Shown: in pieces, positions 62,395-64,000 of the stretch
Numbering within the stretch: position 1 is the stretch's first letter
Layout of the letters: each line of letters starts with the position of its first letter
Source: Synergistales bacterium
Lineage (GTDB): Bacteria > Synergistota > Synergistia > Synergistales > JAFGMB01
Assembly (NCBI GenBank): GCA_963666205.1
Contig: OY762654.1
Span: 448,001 to 512,000, forward strand
Length of the DNA stretch: 64,000 nucleotides
Reading direction: 5' to 3'
Program-made: the position numbers and the translations under genes
Notes under the pieces: generated by a model
Seen by the model: the letters and a program-made list of their open reading frames with translations, nothing else
Told to the model about the DNA's origin: nothing
Databases searched by the model: none

Positions 62395-63894
62395 ATGAAA
62401 AAAATACTTTTCTCAGTTTTCAGCGCTATCCTTTTTATTATCTCTCCTGCATTCTCAGCAGATCACAACCCGGAAGTATACGAAGTCGACATATACCCTT
62501 CCGGCGCAAAAGTTTTTATGCATTTTCAGGTAGAGGAAGATTTTATCATAGAATTGCCAGGAACGATGGACAGGGATTCCATATCCCTTATCAGGGACAA
62601 AAGTGTCCCTGTGGATGAATTTATGGTTATCGAAGAAATCAGGACCGGATGGATTCCTCCTTCTCTTTCTGAGATGGATGCCCACATCAAAGAACTTGAA
62701 TCTCGGAAATCAACCAGAGAATCTGAACTGGCTGGACTGATACAGACAAAGGTCTATCTGGAAAAACTAAACCTTGAATCTATAGATAACGATAATTTCC
62801 TCGATTTTATACAGGAGCTCCAGAACAAGAGGATGTCGATAGAACTTTTGATAGGTCAAACAGAGCTTTCCCTTGAAAAACTGAAGAGGGAAATAAAGCT
62901 GAGGGTTGATGAATTCAACAGTAAAATGCCTAAAGATCAGAACAGGCTTATTGTCATAAAAGGACATTGTGCTGGAAAGGGCAACATGGGGATTTCGGGA
63001 TGGACAAACCAATCAGGATGGTCCCCCCTCTATGAAATGGATCTTGATACATCAGAAAAGGTTGTCCATTCCATTCTTGAAGGACGTGTAAGCCAAAAAA
63101 GCGGAATAGACTGGAGCGGCACTCTCAGATTCCACACTGTACAACCCAGGAGATCTATTTCGACTCCTGATGCAAGCCCCCTTATAGTGGATTACAGAAA
63201 CGATGCCAGGAAACTTGACATGGTTTTGTCTGAAAGCATGGAAAGAGCTGCTAAAGCAGTCTCTATTCCCCAGGCAATTAATTTTGCCGAGACAATGACA
63301 GACCTTGTTATAACCACAGAAGGGAAAGTGTCAGGCACAGGAGAGATTGCCCAGGTCATGATGGGCAGAATTGATATCCCCTCTAATGTTGAGATAGTAG
63401 CTCTACCCTACCTATCCGATGAAACATGGGTTATATCAAAGGTACCGGACCTTTCTTCTCCTATAATACCCGGAAGGGTTAAGCTGTTTCTAGATGGTGA
63501 ATCTTCCGGAATAACAACAATTGGAGAATTCGCCAGAGGAGAAGAGTTTATCATGGCTTTCGGGCTCTCTCCAATGATAAAGGCTAAACGGGAAAAAATA
63601 GTCCCCAAAAAGGGTGCAAACTGGATAGGAAAAGGCACTCTTGAAGAGGGATATGTCATAACTGTTGTCAATGGAATGAAAACAGATACCGAAGTTACCG
63701 TGATCGATCGATTCCCCCTTTCTATTCAGGAAAAGATCGAGGTTGTACTTACCGAGATCAGACCAGAAGCTACCGAACGTTCAGATGAAAATCTTCTGAC
63801 CTGGAAGATCTCTCTCGCTCCAGGGGAAACAAAAGAGATCAGAGTACTCTACAGAATAAAATATCCATCAGATAAGGAGATCATCTTTCGCTAG
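62395..63894 (+). CDS. DUF4139/DUF4140 domain secreted protein
   Basis: Signal peptide, coiled coil, W.P.Y...V.QKSGIDW, and C-terminal LTWKISLAPGE...YP. Confidence 0.85.
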   Translation: MKKILFSVFSAILFIISPAFSADHNPEVYEVDIYPSGAKVFMHFQVEEDFIIELPGTMDRDSISLIRDKSVPVDEFMVIEEIRTGWIPPSLSEMDAHIKELESRKSTRESELAGLIQTKVYLEKLNLESIDNDNFLDFIQELQNKRMSIELLIGQTELSLEKLKREIKLRVDEFNSKMPKDQNRLIVIKGHCAGKGNMGISGWTNQSGWSPLYEMDLDTSEKVVHSILEGRVSQKSGIDWSGTLRFHTVQPRRSISTPDASPLIVDYRNDARKLDMVLSESMERAAKAVSIPQAINFAETMTDLVITTEGKVSGTGEIAQVMMGRIDIPSNVEIVALPYLSDETWVISKVPDLSSPIIPGRVKLFLDGESSGITTIGEFARGEEFIMAFGLSPMIKAKREKIVPKKGANWIGKGTLEEGYVITVVNGMKTDTEVTVIDRFPLSIQEKIEVVLTEIRPEATERSDENLLTWKISLAPGETKEIRVLYRIKYPSDKEIIFR

Positions 63895-64000
63895 AATATG
63901 ATACATTCTTTAGGTTATGGTTTGACTAAAACTTTTATTGGTTGTTGATGACATCATCAATTGTTGGATTACAAGGAAAACCTGACTTGAAGAAGCCCTT

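Overview
A 64-kb chromosomal segment from an anaerobic, diderm bacterium. It is most likely a Synergistota member, inferred from two Synergist-CTERM-like surface proteins and Firmicutes-like housekeeping synteny alongside outer-membrane sorting genes. The left third is core genome: ctsR/clpC, plsY, a tRNA-Leu, the ylxM-ffh-rpsP-khpA-rimM-trmD-rplS operon, hisS-aspS, two spoVS and tex. The middle is accessory: a decayed CCG Fe-S gene, an MMPL/OMP/LolA-like cluster, GNATs, FMN riboswitch-ribB, a DPS-like ferritin, sugar-nucleotide genes and two beta-helix surface proteins. The right end is core again (tRNA-Leu(CAA), rarA, 6S RNA, ychF). The top observation is four direct copies of a ~170-bp non-coding element. 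The first copy starts at the 3' end of tRNA-Leu(CAA), the copies separate self-contained gene modules, and they decay with distance from the tRNA, suggesting a polarised tRNA-anchored cassette array with no integrase in view. The second is a tRNA-Leu with the rare AAG (A34) anticodon. Also notable are a TrmD-SPOUT fusion, an asparaginase-like protein lacking catalytic residues, a frameshifted tex, and ctsR-clpC without mcsAB. All calls come from reading the sequence and ORF track by eye; no searches were run. Several starts were moved to the codon preceded by a Shine-Dalgarno (SD) motif.
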